Part shown: positions 38,401-51,000 of the stretch, piece after piece
Position numbering within the stretch: the first letter of the stretch is position 1
Layout: every line of letters starts with the position of its first letter
Assembly: GCA_963924565.1 (NCBI GenBank)
Contig: OZ004610.1
Span: forward strand, 5,952,001-6,016,000
DNA from: Ascidiella aspersa
Lineage: Eukaryota
Reading direction: 5' to 3'
DNA: 64,000 nt
The notes under the pieces: generated by a model
Seen by the model: only the letters and a program-made list of their open reading frames with translations
Told to the model about the DNA's origin: nothing
Databases searched by the model: none
Translations under genes and position numbers: made by a program

Positions 38401-41400
38401 TTCATACGAAAAAAGAGCATGGGTGCAATTGAAAAAAAGGAATTGGAGACTTTGTATGGTAACATTTTTGTCCGAATCATTTTTCGCCTGGGTTGCAGAG
38501 ATGGCGTTTTACTTGGCATGAAAAGAAATGAATACAGGTCGGCAGAACTAACTGAACAGGGAAATTATTCCATTTTGGTCGGTGAGCATACGGAGATGAA
38601 TCTACATGGATGCATTGTGGTGTCGAAAACGGAATATAAAGATATAGGGGCAACCTCGGACCACGCTTATGCGTTTAACAATCATAAACCTGGAGAAAGC
38701 TCCTACATGTTCCCTTCACTTTCTCGTGATGACGCAAAGCTGGAGGACTCAACGTTTTGTAAGTATTTTAAGAAAGAGGCACGGAAAGCGATGGGAATGG
38801 AAGTTTCCCCAACAGAGGTCCGAAAATTGATAACCACAAAAGTGTGCAAACTACCTGTTGAACTTCAAAATGCTATAACAACAGCTGATGGACACTCTAT
38901 TGAAACAGCACTCAAAGTTTGCAATGTAACACACCCCATGAAAGCTGTTGAAGCAGATAGGTTCGCCCCTACGAAAGCTGCTGGTGAGTAAAAGTGTTGT
39001 TTGTTTTGTTTCTTGATCGTTTTGGTTCTAAACCTGTGGTGCTTTCTATTTAGAGGCTGAAAGAGAATCTGACAAAGACAGACCAATTGATACTACAGGT
39101 GAAAAATCCAGAAGTAAGTTGTTAGTTTATTTCAGTTTTCTGGTGTGAAAATTTTAAGATGTGGTTTAAAGGTTAAAATAATGTTTCTTGTAGGCACATT
39201 TTGAATATAAATGTTTTTTGTGTTGTACTTTGCTCTGCTTTATATTTTGTGTAAGAATTAGTTTTCTGATTTTTTGATTTAGATGCTGAATTGCTGCAAC
39301 AATCGTTGAGTCCACCTTTACTGTCAGATTCAGAGGGTAAGTGTCATTTACGCTTAACTAATATTTTATCTTTTTAAATGTATATGGTGTTAAACAAATT
39401 TAAAAGCTTCTCAGGTTTGACCATGTCTAATACTCTTTTATTTTATAAAAAAATATTATAAATTATTGCAAAACAGGGGTTTTGCATGGAGCTTATTTCA
39501 AAATAGTTTTTGTTTTAATAGTTAATTTACGGTTTCTGACAATGATGGGGCAACAACAGTAGATGTTCTTTTGTGACTTTTTTTTGTCTTGCCTTACATG
39601 TTTGCATTTCTACTGCAATTTATGTTCTACTTTGTAAATAGTTTTCCTTATAAAGGTATATTTTTTGACCATATATTTCAGCATCAAATGACGAAGATGA
39701 TACATCCATGGACATTAGCTTCACTCGAGGTATATATTATTTTATCATTTTACCGTTTCTTGTAATGCAAATTCTAGCATTGGGTTTAATGTACTAATAC
39801 ATTGAACCTAATTTTATGTGACAGTCTTGACCAGGGGCATGTCCATTGTCCATATACCTAAAAATTGGGTTCCCGAATTTTTGTCTGACAGAAGTTCAGA
39901 GAAAATTCTACCGTTGAAGCAGGGCCAAACAAAAAACGAAAGAAAGCATTTTGCTTTTGGTTTCGCATTATTTTAAATGCTTGTCAATTTCATAGGTGTC
40001 GAACTTTCAAAATTCTAGGGCGTTATTTTCAACGTGCTCAATTATTAATTACAAAATGTGAGCCGAAGTTTTTAACACTTTTGGTGAACTAAAACTGTGC
40101 TACAGGAAATAATTTTGCACATTTATTGATAACTTGGGTTAAATTCCAGGCATTTCGACGCCTTGTTAGAAATTCAGTGCGTCTAAAAACGCATGGCACA
40201 CCCACGTTCGGCGCCTATGCTCAATTTCATAAAAACATTGTCATTTTGGACAGTGAATTGAACACTGACAAAAAAAACGGTGAATTGAACACTGACAAAA
40301 GAAATATAAAACGGACACCAAAACCCTTGGATACACTACTGCTCTTGACTGACACATTTTTGGTCATGACATTTTTATTTCGATACATACCATTGAATCT
40401 ATGTCTGTTAACATCTGAGTTTTTAGCAGGAAATACCTCAACAATAATAGAAGCTAAGAAGTTAAAGAAAGCAGAGCAGGAAATACCTCAACAATAATAG
40501 AAGCTAAGAAGTTAAAGAAAGCAGGAGGTAACACAACATTATTAATCCTTAAGGTTTTGTTTTAGAATAAAATAACATAATTTAGAAGTTGCTCTCAGTG
40601 TGTATGCTGTCAAATTATTATAGTTAACTAGTTAACAACGATTTATTTTAACTGCTTTTGGCATACATAGTAAGGGGGAATGTGTTACTTATTATCATCA
40701 ATTTTTTCTGACGTTGAAACCTTGTAGTCTATTTAGATATCATTATGATTTTGATTTTTGACATACAATTTTTTTTTTATAATTTATAAACCAGATCATT
40801 TCGTAAAAGTCAAGTTTGCGGAAGATGATCTAGAAAAATTGATTTTCAACCCGCAATCAATTAAACTTAATGATATCACTTGTACCTCCTTCTCTGACCT
40901 ATTTGTTGGAGATATCATCAAAGCAGAATGTAACGACAACTTTTATCAGGCTCAAATCATTGACCCAGGTGTGAGAGTAGTTTTGCAAGGAAATTAAAAT
41001 AATGACTTTTGGTAAAAACAGCATTCTGTGTCCTGGTAATAAATTGCTTAATTGTAAGCTTTGCCGCGCGAGCCTATCGGTGTTTCCGAATTTTTTTTCA
41101 TGTAGTCAGGCCTATAAAATGGCCCTTGTTTCCCCCGTGCAACCACTGTTTCACTATTGTTGTGCACTTAGCCATCAAAAAAAATAATAAAACGATTTGC
41201 GCCCCAAGCAAAAGCCCACAAGTCACAGCCGTTTCCTCAAAGAAACCCTTTTTTAACAAATAACTTAAAATGTTGTTAGCACTGATAAAAAACAATCGTC
41301 ATATTTGTAAAGTCATTTTTGGAAGCTTATGTGCACTTAGTCATCAAAAAAATAATAATAAAACCCATTACCCCCTGAGAGTAAGACCACAAGTCACAGC

Positions 41401-42259
41401 CGTTTTTCAAAGCCACCAATTTTTAACACATAACTCAAAATGTTGTCAGGACGGATAAAAAACAATCGTGATATTTGTGAAAGCGATAATTTAATCAGCG
41501 GATGTTGTCGTTAATTGACGTCTCCGGCATTAAGCGATGTACATCTAAAATGCGCTTCGGAAAACTTAATCGCCTTCGCTAATGCACAAATTTACATGTT
41601 CTCAGTTTTCTACCTTTATTTTACTCGGTAATAATATCTCCCTGTTACGCCAATCTACTACCAGATAAGGCAGCGGTTTCCCAACTTTTTCAAAAATTTT
41701 GCCTGGTTAACCCGTTGCAATTATTTTGATATTTCGCGGCCCTATAAAAATCCAAGGGTACCCATATTTCTTGTGGTGCACTAGTGCAGTCGCAATTCTT
41801 TCTAATGTAACAACTTTCAATCGATTAATGCGAACGATTTGCTGATAGCGGGTGGTACAGCATAACAGATGCTTTATGATGTCCCAAGATACACCATGAC
41901 ACATATATAAGGTTTAAAAACATTGGCTCTATCCTAATGTTAAAATCTTACAGGCTAATTCTCCTTGCGGCCCCTCTGAAACTACTCTGCGGACCCCAGT
42001 TTTGGAACCGCTGAGATAAGTCATACGAGGACTGCTATACCTTACATCGCCAAATAAATGGCGCAAAATGTTTTCATGCCAAGTTTTACGCACTAAATGT
42101 ATGTGGGCAAATATTTCGTGGAAGTATAGTTCAGATTAAATTAAGTTTTTTTTTGATAAACCAAAATCGTTGGTAGAAAATAAACCTTTTATTTACACCG
42201 TTTGTTCGCTTAATTTACTTTTTATTTATTGTATATCTACAGACACAAAAGTACGGTAG
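35488..42259 (+). CDS. Multi-exon tyrosine-recombinase-domain gene (C2H2 zinc fingers + YR + Tudor-like module), ~580 aa; Crypton-like element gene, probably inactive or decaying
   Basis: Exons 35488-35606, 36662-36718, 36923-36955, 37140-37169, 37316-37345, 37668-37706, 37944-38983, 39054-39113, 39283-39336, 39682-39729, 40480-40527, 40795-40968, 42243-42259 join in one open frame. Internal microexons all have lengths divisible by 3 and AG/GT borders. Confidence 0.6.
37944..38983 (+). mobile_element. Tyrosine recombinase (phage-integrase fold) exon with two N-terminal C2H2-like fingers
   Basis: CPLPECGKSFVNVTNHRRHH and CCYCGIVVKFIVEHCKLKH. YR-like order: GCRDGVLLGM (R), ILVGEH, YMFPS, SPTEVRK, ADGHSIETALKVC (Cys at the expected Tyr position). 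Confidence 0.75.
40425..40524. repeat. Perfect 50-bp tandem duplication
   Basis: AGCAGGAAATACCTCAACAATAATAGAAGCTAAGAAGTTAAAGAAAGCAG twice. Confidence 0.95.
41161..41480. repeat. Degenerate tandem duplication (~170-bp unit)
   Basis: TGTGCACTTAG.CATCAAAAAAA...CCACAAGTCACAGCCGTTT...GATAAAAAACAATCGT.ATATTTGT twice. Confidence 0.8.
41671..42013. mobile_element. hAT-type MITE, same family as 21315-21737
   Basis: TIR CAGCGGTT / AACCGCTG; TSD AGATAAGG / AGATAAGT; shared internal sequence (TTTGATATTTCGCGGCCCTATAAAAA, CACTAGTGCAGTC). Confidence 0.85.
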
Positions 42260-43414
42260 CTCACCATTCTGATACGAAATTAGCTACTCCCCTTACACCC
42301 AAACCCAAGAAGAAGCTGTTCTAACATTTTTTTGTTCTTGTTTGTATGCCTATTATGCTTTCATGTTCTACGAAATTTCAAATGTATCTTTTTGTCCTTT
42401 TTCATAATAAATTTCTTCAGACCCATGACGTATTATTTACGAATTGTTTTCAAAAAACGGCAATGTGCTTTTTTAAAAAAAAATAAAGCTATGATGCTTT
42501 GCTTTGATTGGCTACAAAAACATGTGGACAGTTATCGAATCAGAGATCGATGAATTTTAATATTCGGAGCACACAGTGCAATTAAAAGATCAAAACAAAC
42601 ATGCCCGCCTATCCTGTTTCGACGTCCTTCATATATTTAACACTAAAAAATAAAACTACTCGCAAAGGAAAAACGCAAGCACACAAGACAGATTTTACAA
42701 GGGTCAACATTAAGGTGATTGTCGCTATACTGACAGTTCTTTCTACTTGACTTTATTTATTCGTTCTTTACTAACTTGTATGGATAGTTTTAGGTAAAAA
42801 AAAATGATTCGGTTGTGCTTTTAGTACGTATAACCATTTAATAGAACTGTTTTATACCGTGACTGGATCTGTAGTACTATCAGCCTTACAAAAGTTAACC
42901 TTAAAAAAATCGGTCTTTTTGACCGTAAAGCAAATTCCAACTCCCCCCGATTAAAACTGCCTTAAACGATAGCCTTCTGTTGTGCTATAGTTTTAAGAAC
43001 AATTGCTGCAGTGACTGGTAACAGTTAGTTACTAGCTAGTTCATAATTTTTCAACAATTCATTAAATTCGATGACTGACAACTTGACGGAAGCAGAAAGC
43101 GGAAATAATTCCAAACGACTGTTAACTATCAACAAAACAAAACTGCAAAAATGTGTTGTGGATGCTGTGCAATAGGTTGCGGAAAGTGTACAATTTGTGT
43201 GAAAGTTGAATATGTGGATTGCGCTATGAGCGCTGCAAATATTTTTTTGTTGTATGCGTTTGGATAGCTGCTTGTGGTCAATGTTACAAGCAGCATAATA
43301 AAAAGGCTGTTTGATCTTTAAGTTATTTGAAAATAAAAGTTTTTCAAATCAATTTCAATGTTCAGTAGAAAGAGAGTGGCCCAAATAATAGATAAAAGAT
43401 TCATTCTTTTATTA

Positions 43415-43453
43415 GCAAACGTTTCGGCAATTTCTTTTGCCATCATCAGTGCA
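43415..43453 (-). ncRNA. Canonical-core minimal hammerhead ribozyme (solo Penelope-type pseudo-LTR fragment)
   Basis: Minus strand reads GCA-CTGATGA-T-GGCAA-AAGAAA-TTGCC-GAAAC-GTT-TGC, then immediately TAATAAAA. Confidence 0.75.
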
Positions 43454-44141
43454 GTAAGTGAGGCTAAGATAAAAACGAGTCACTATATATACGCTCGGAC
43501 GTTTTAGAACGTTATATAAACAGAAAAGGAAGTCGCAAAGTAACGGAGATAAGAACTGCAACGCAAAATTACATCAGTAAGGCTCAATGTTCATGCTTTC
43601 AATGTTCATGCTAGTTGTAAAAAACAAGAAAACAAATTCCGTTTAGGCCGTTAAAAAGGAGGTTGGGGGTAACACTGCAAACACTGCAATTCGTCGATGC
43701 TGATGTATGGCCTATATGAAGTATACACAAGAACATGATATTATAGTAGAGTCTACCACGTTTTTAAGCCTCTCAATAGTTTAAAGAAACTTATAATGAA
43801 ATGAAATCTAAATTATTTTGCAATTTATTCTTTATTTGGCTTTTTATTCTTTGTTTTTGACCGCTCGCGGTAATTATCTGTTATCCTGAAATGAAACGAA
43901 ATCACTGTTATATTGAAATGGTATTATATTATGTAGCAAACTATTAAATCTTTCAGCCGTAATATTACAGGAATTTGACAGAAAAAGGTTCTTTAATTAG
44001 ATACTAGACGAAATACCCGTCGTTGCCCAGGTTAAATAGGGTAGCCTGGTACGACATTTAAATTCCCTGATCACGTTCGGTAAAATAAATTTCATATTAT
44101 GTGTTTTTTCGTGTTTCGTAATGATCGGATAGCTTATAGCC

Positions 44142-44480
44142 CAGGGGTTCTTAAACTTTTTTGACCGCGGACCCCTAAATTTTTTTTTGGCTTCGCGTGG
44201 ACCACGATAGGCAAAAAATTTCAAAAAATGACGTCAAAAATTGACGTCACATTACAAATAAACTTCATAAATCTGTTGATTTCGTTCTAAAAACTGATAA
44301 AGTGAAATGAAGTTTTAATACAGTCAGTGCAAAACCGTTTGGTTTTTAACTAAACTGCTTTCTTTGAAAAATGATTACTTTTTAAATATACACTAATGTT
44401 TCAATTTGTCTTTCATGGACCCCCTAAAACTAATTCACGGACCCCCAAGGGTTCCATGGACCCCAGTTTAAGAACCCCTG
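44142..44480. mobile_element. hAT-type MITE
   Basis: 16-bp TIR CAGGGGTTCTTAAACT; perfect TSD TTATAGCC. A one-ended copy in opposite orientation lies at about 12855-12963. Confidence 0.88.
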
Positions 44481-47400
44481 TTATAGCCTAATAGTAAAAC
44501 AACAATAGCATTGGCAGCTGGTCTTCAATATGCTTTTAGCCTCTAATGAAAAAATGTTTTTCGACAATGCCTGCCAATAAAACCTTATGAGGAAACCACC
44601 TGTGTGAATGCGGCAATGAATCGATTAGCGTCATATTTGAAACAAATATGTAATCCTGGTGCTAAATCGTTCTCTTGTGGTCATCGATTACTTGATTTTT
44701 ACGGTCATGCAGGTTATGGTCTTTTAAATGTCGAAAAATCGTTTTAGTCTTTTGCGTCTTAAGAGGTTTTGTGAAAAGTCGCACGCGCGCCCATTGGAGT
44801 TAACTTGCAACCAATGTTGTGTGAGGTTTTTGAAATGCTACGACAAAATATTCAAATCCACTATAGCACACAACACTTGGCTAAGCATGTCACACATCTT
44901 TTTAAGTAATTGTTGTATAGCCCTGATTCTGGCCATTTAGGTCTTATTCCAACGGGTTTAGTCATTACATTGATTTTTTGTATTACGACTATTGTATTAG
45001 TGCTATTTTGGTCTTATTCCGACGTTGATATTGTTGTCACTTTGGTCTTATGGATGAAGTCCTTTACAATATTGAAAACGATATTTTCTAATACCAAAAA
45101 TTTTTTTAATTTTTGTACTGTTTAATAAATAGCTCAAATATTCACAGAGAGTAACTCGCGATTGCAAATACTACTCATTGTTTGTAAATACTGTTCATTG
45201 TTTGCAACTACGGTTCATTGTTTCTTCACACGCTACCAGGCTGTTTAATCATTTTGTTTACGCTTTTGAAAATAGTTTTTGCGTTCTAGTTTAGTAAGTT
45301 AGAGACTTTTACCCAGCATATTTTTTCATTTTTGTACTGCAAGTTAAATGATGGCAAACTCTAAACAAGCAAGATTCTATAATTTTTTATCAAATATGGC
45401 GTTGCAGGTAAACATCATTTGCCTACCGCTAAACCTACTGTGAAAACACACTTGTCTTAAGTTGTTTAAAGTCTAATTATTTGACTATACACAATTTATT
45501 TTTTGATCTGGCCAATGCTGCTGTTCATTAGACGAACCGGTATAATAAGCATTATCTCTTTTAAATATTTGAGCTGAGTTTTTTTAAATTTAAAATTTAT
45601 TTCTAATAGAAAATGTAAATTCACGAGTGAAATACAAGTAAAATATCCATGCTTCCGAAATTTTAGAATTTGAATAGGAAGCATAATGTTTAGTTTGCAA
45701 CCCAGGCACATATATCTCAGTTTCATACAAAGGTAGCGCGGATTTAAAATTGTACATCAGTTCTGCTAAAAACATAGTAAAAAATGTGTAAAGGAATAAA
45801 ATCTGTGTCTAGCCCGTTTTTGCTGAAAACAGATTAGCCAGAATGCGCCGTGCGTCTCATCGCACTATCGAGAATAAAAAATTGGGCAAGTTAAACATAT
45901 ACAAAGGTATTTTTTCACGTAGCACGCCATTGTTTTCCATCTTTTACTATAAAAAAAATCACGTTTTAACAAAAAAATTTAACGTCTTTATTGAGGTTTA
46001 TTTTAGATCTTTGACCTTGACTTGGCCAATGCAATCGCGCGCGTGTATAGTCTCCTTTTCCGCTTTGGTATATTCGTTCAACCATTATTATATGTTTTGA
46101 ACCCGCAAGTCGCCTGGTGGTAAAATGGTAACTAATTCGAAATATGGCTTTGGGCAATAAAACGTAACGTTATAGGTTAAAAAAATTAAATATTAAGTAA
46201 AGTTCATAAAGTTACACCATGGTTATTAACCTATTGCATAAGATCATAATGCGTAAGTAAATTTATGAACCATTACAAAAAAATGAACCTTTATAAAAAA
46301 GAACCTCTGGCAATTCCGCGATATATAGCCTATACCTGGTATAGTCTCACGGCACAAATAAATCACGCCGTTACTTTGGACATCTCACCGCAGTTTTAAA
46401 AGAAGTCGTCTAGTCTGCCACCGAAGTTCAGGGTCATATTTACTTTACTTGAGTAGGCGACGGGAATGTGTTTTTTTACTGGAAGCCCGTCATAAGGTTA
46501 CTATAAAAGCCCTTTTAGTAAATGATTGTTTCTTACTTTGCGTCTGGCTTTTCGTTGTAACCTTGACTTTGAGCATAAAAACAAAATCGGTTAAAGTTTA
46601 ACATAAAGTACACTGATAGCTATATATGAGCATTACAACGGAAATCCTTTGAATTCCCCTAAAGTCGTTTCCATGTTTTGCGATAGCACAGTTTATTCCA
46701 CTGTTCGCCTGCCAGCGAGCAGTAAGGTATATATAGTTTAATTTATTTGTTTGTAGTCATTTGCTTACGATTGCAAAATGTCATCAGGATTTGGAGTATA
46801 CGCAGTAAGCAGTTTTGTCAACAAGACATTTTGAATTGACTCAAGTCCCAGTAAAGTCATTTGTAGAATAACTTAAGTTAAGTATTTTTAAAACTTAAAA
46901 GTCAGGTCCCAGTCCAAGTCGTCAGTTGACAAAGTCAAGTTATTGTTAAAACAATTCATTTGTAATGTCACTAACAGTTGGTAAACCGTCCAATTTTCGG
47001 TAATTTTTTCCGATTATGAACAGTAACGCAACTAAAAAATACCAAAAATCCCACATGCAGCAAGCTGATGTTTACGTGCCAAAATTAAGATGAATAACCT
47101 AACTTTATCTTAAATGATTTTGTTTTTATACCTTCTGCCCAAGTCGTTTGACTGATCAACTTAAGTCCAAGTCTACTCATTTGTCTGAAAGACTTAAGTA
47201 AAGTCCATATACAGCCCGCGGCACGCCAATCACTTTAATCCGGCCCTCGTTTTTTTTTTAAATACATAAGCTAAGCAATGGCGAGTTTCTACTAGACTTG
47301 GACAACTAAATAATTCTAGTTTTCTAATCCATTTTGGGTCTTTTACAGAACAGAAGTCGCCCTCTGCACTGTAGCACTCTCTCCAACGAAAGTTTAAGGA

Positions 47401-48088
47401 CCTTAGCCCAATATTTATACATTTTCGCGCTTTAGTCAAATGTATTCATTGATTAAATGATGAACAAAATACTGGCCTATTTCTGAAAAATGAAACTTAG
47501 TCATTCACATTTTGTCAACTTTTAGTTAATACCATGTTGTGTGTTTCTCAATCCTTAAAAGCAAAATTTATTCTACCCTAATTTTTAAATTAACGCGCCC
47601 CATAACTTGATAAGCGCCAGTATATCAAGCAATGTACATTTTTTTATCTGTGCTCAATGTGCCCCGCCCCTTTCAGTCTACATTAAAGTTTGCTTCTTAA
47701 AACGTATTAAACTATTTATTTATTTAAATTCGACTTAAATTGCACATTTGCGCACAATTCGAAACGTAATAACAAGTTCGTAAACTTATTTGTTTTAGCG
47801 CCAGCGCATGACGTCATATTGCGTGTATTTGAGATCCTATTTAGACCCGGCCGGTCACAACATTTTAAATTTTTCATGCGGCCCGCTGTTAAAAATAATT
47901 CCATATGTATTGTTTTTTTTGGTTTGTTTACAGCAAGAAATTTGGGTGTTAGTAGAACAGGAAGTTTGTGATAACATAAAAGGCGGTCTCAAAAACTTTC
48001 ACGACTTCTTGCATCTTTATTTTACTGAACCGTTTTTTCGGCAAATATAGAAAGTAAGGCATTTTTAGAAAAAACAAGCAAATTTACC

Positions 48089-51000
48089 ATGTTAGTCTGG
48101 TCTTTTGTTGTGTTGTTCGTCGGATTCATTTCTTGGTGGAAACTTCGATCAAGAAAACACATTCAAAATGTTACTGAAAGGCATGTTTTTATAACAGGCA
48201 AGTGCAGCAATTTTTCTAAACCGTACAACGAAATTTTTGATTCTTGGCTTACTTCCAAACTGGATGGCAGCGCGGCGTCATCGTGATTTCTGGTTAAACA
48301 GAATTTACTTTCAAATAAATAGTTAAACTTTAAATGCAAATTATTATTTTTTCTCAATTATGCTTTTTGTATTTTGAACACATATTCCATATAGCCTTCG
48401 TGACATCCCTGTAATGGTGCTACAAAAACCCTAAATGTATTTTATATTGTTTGGTCGTGTTTATCTTCTAATCGTGACCCACATTCACTTAACACGGGTT
48501 AAATACCCAAACCATTTTAATTGAAAAACGTTTCAAAACAATAACGTTAAGGAAAAGAAAAAAATATAGTTTAAAGTCAAAAGTTGTGATGTGACAAAAA
48601 ATTATTTGTTATAGGTTTTGGAAATTACATTTTTACTAATTTTGCTGCATAATAAGGATTTTTAGGTTTAAAACAGCTTCTCTAAAATTTTGTTTTGAAG
48701 CATTGTGAACATAAGTGGCAAAAGCTATACTTCACAATGCGTCTTTATAGCCTGTTATAAGAAATCGTGTCAACATAAATGCACCCCGTCTCTTAAAGCA
48801 ATTTGTTGACATAAAAGGGGCGAATATGGGTGCCGTTCAAAAAAAAATAAATAAAACGCCCCATAGACGAAGGCCTTTGTTGCCCGACCAAATATTTTTA
48901 TGTTTTTTATCCCTTAAACAAAGTTACGGAAAATATTACTGCTCAGATCCTATTATGTCTGAATAAAATTTTGTTTAATTTGTAAATAAAAGCCCGCCTA
49001 ATCCATATTTCACGGCCTGGTTAGTTTATGTCCTTTATACTTAGACCTTAATGATAAATAATTACTAGGTATTTTTGGTAGGATGTGATACCGGGTTTGG
49101 AAGATTGCTGGCAAAACGACTGGACGAAATGGTACGAAAATAATTACGCTTACCAAATAATTCTGTTGTATAGAACTATTTTTGTAAATCAAGAAATCTA
49201 TTTTTGTTTTGAACGTTTAGAACAAAATCTTTATTCATTTTTAACATCGTTCAAAATGATACCTACTTCTGTATGGGTTTTGATATTCTTATCACGTCTT
49301 ACAACAACCTGCAACCATTATGCTCCAAAGTATTTTCGTTACATTTTTATTTTTATCAATCCGAAATATTTACAAATTAACATAATTTTCAAAGAATTAT
49401 CACAATATTTATTTACCAAAAATGCACCTTTAAAATGACATACATGCATTCACGTGAAATAAAACATAGTAATGAACAATATTGTCTCAATAGGGAGTGT
49501 TCGTATACGCCGGGTGTTACAGTAAGAATTCAGTAGAAGAACTACAAGAGAGTTGCAGCACAAGGTTAAAAGCCATTCAGCTTGACATCACTGACACAGA
49601 AGACATAATCAGAGCGGCGAACTTCGTTGAAAATGACCTCGCTGAAAAATCGAAGAATGGTGAGTCAATAAAATGTTTTTATTAAAATTAAATTAACTCG
49701 CAGGTCATTTATTGAAAGTTTATGTGCAAAGTGTTCTATAAAAGTATTTCAATAAACCATTACGAATTATACAAAAACTGTTTTATACAAAACTCAAATT
49801 TATTAGCAAATTTACACATGATAGTTTCTAGAAGACCATTGCAACTTACATCCTTAATTTGAACTTTACGGGACGTTTTTTTGTTTATTTATTTTCTATC
49901 CTAATTTAAAATTACAAAAAAAAAATATTTTTATCGTGAATAAAACATTAGTAAATGAGACCAACTATTAGGTTGTAAGTACCGATTAAAATTACTTTAT
50001 TTCACGTTAATGAGTTTCAACGCTCTTGGCGAATCGAGTCATTTTGCGTTCGCTATTCAAACGTTTACCCTTTTTTCGGAGTTTTTCTGCACGTTTATTT
50101 TTTATTTAGCGGCTCTGTGGGCAATCGTTAACAACGCCGGTATCGCAATCCCCGCATACCCGTTCGAGTGGCACAATAAACAGGACTACCAGAAAGTTTT
50201 CGAAGTCAACCTGTTTGGAACTGTCGACGTCACTCTAAAGTTTGTACCTCTGCTCAAAAGAGGCCGCGAAGGTTTGTGACGAAAATCGAAGAATTTCTAA
50301 GATTTTGCGGGCGCTAAACCAGTCATATACTGAATATATTTCGCCAGCAAAGGCAACGTCAGTATATCGTATTCAAAGTAGCCTATATCTTGATTCTATT
50401 TGAACAAAATATACCTGAATTGCTAGCTTTGCTGGACTCCTCTGCTGTTACTGATCAGGAATTAAGGTCGACATTTATCTTGCAAGGGTCGAGGTGATTT
50501 CTAATACCACATATTCAGTACAATTCTAAAACAGTACTTTAAACTTTTGACACTTGCGTATCTGAAAATACAAAAAATATATATTACGCACCAATAAACG
50601 AGTAGCCAGAATTTCGAAGGCACTATTCGTTGTTGAAACAACTGGAGTTACTGAAACAACTGAACAGCTTGTCCTGTAAGGACCTTAACCTACTAAAGCA
50701 TGAGGTTAAGTTCGCGCGAAACGCGAACTCTAAGCATTTAAAAGTGGTAAAATAATATAGTGTTTAACTGACAACTAAAAATACCTTTTTGGTGAACCGA
50801 CAGAACTGCATTGTATTAGTCGCTTTGTGTGTCTAGTCAATAAGTACCTACCTGATAACTACAGTTTATTGGGGACATTATGGCCATCCGAAACAAGTTG
50901 GTGAAATTAAAAGAAAAATAGTCCTACCTTTTTTTGCTAGAAAAGACTCGTTGTGACGATTTTATGAAGCCAACATTTCCTTTCGCTATTCTGAAGTATA

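Noticed and set aside
40126-40497. 123-aa ORF in the YR region
   Set aside because: Mostly repeat-derived sequence (GTGAATTGAACACTGACAAAA duplicated); only the last part is a microexon.
42612-42632. ATGAAGGACGTCGAAACAGG (minus strand), hammerhead-like fragment
   Set aside because: Lacks the CUGA box and a stem I; too short to call.
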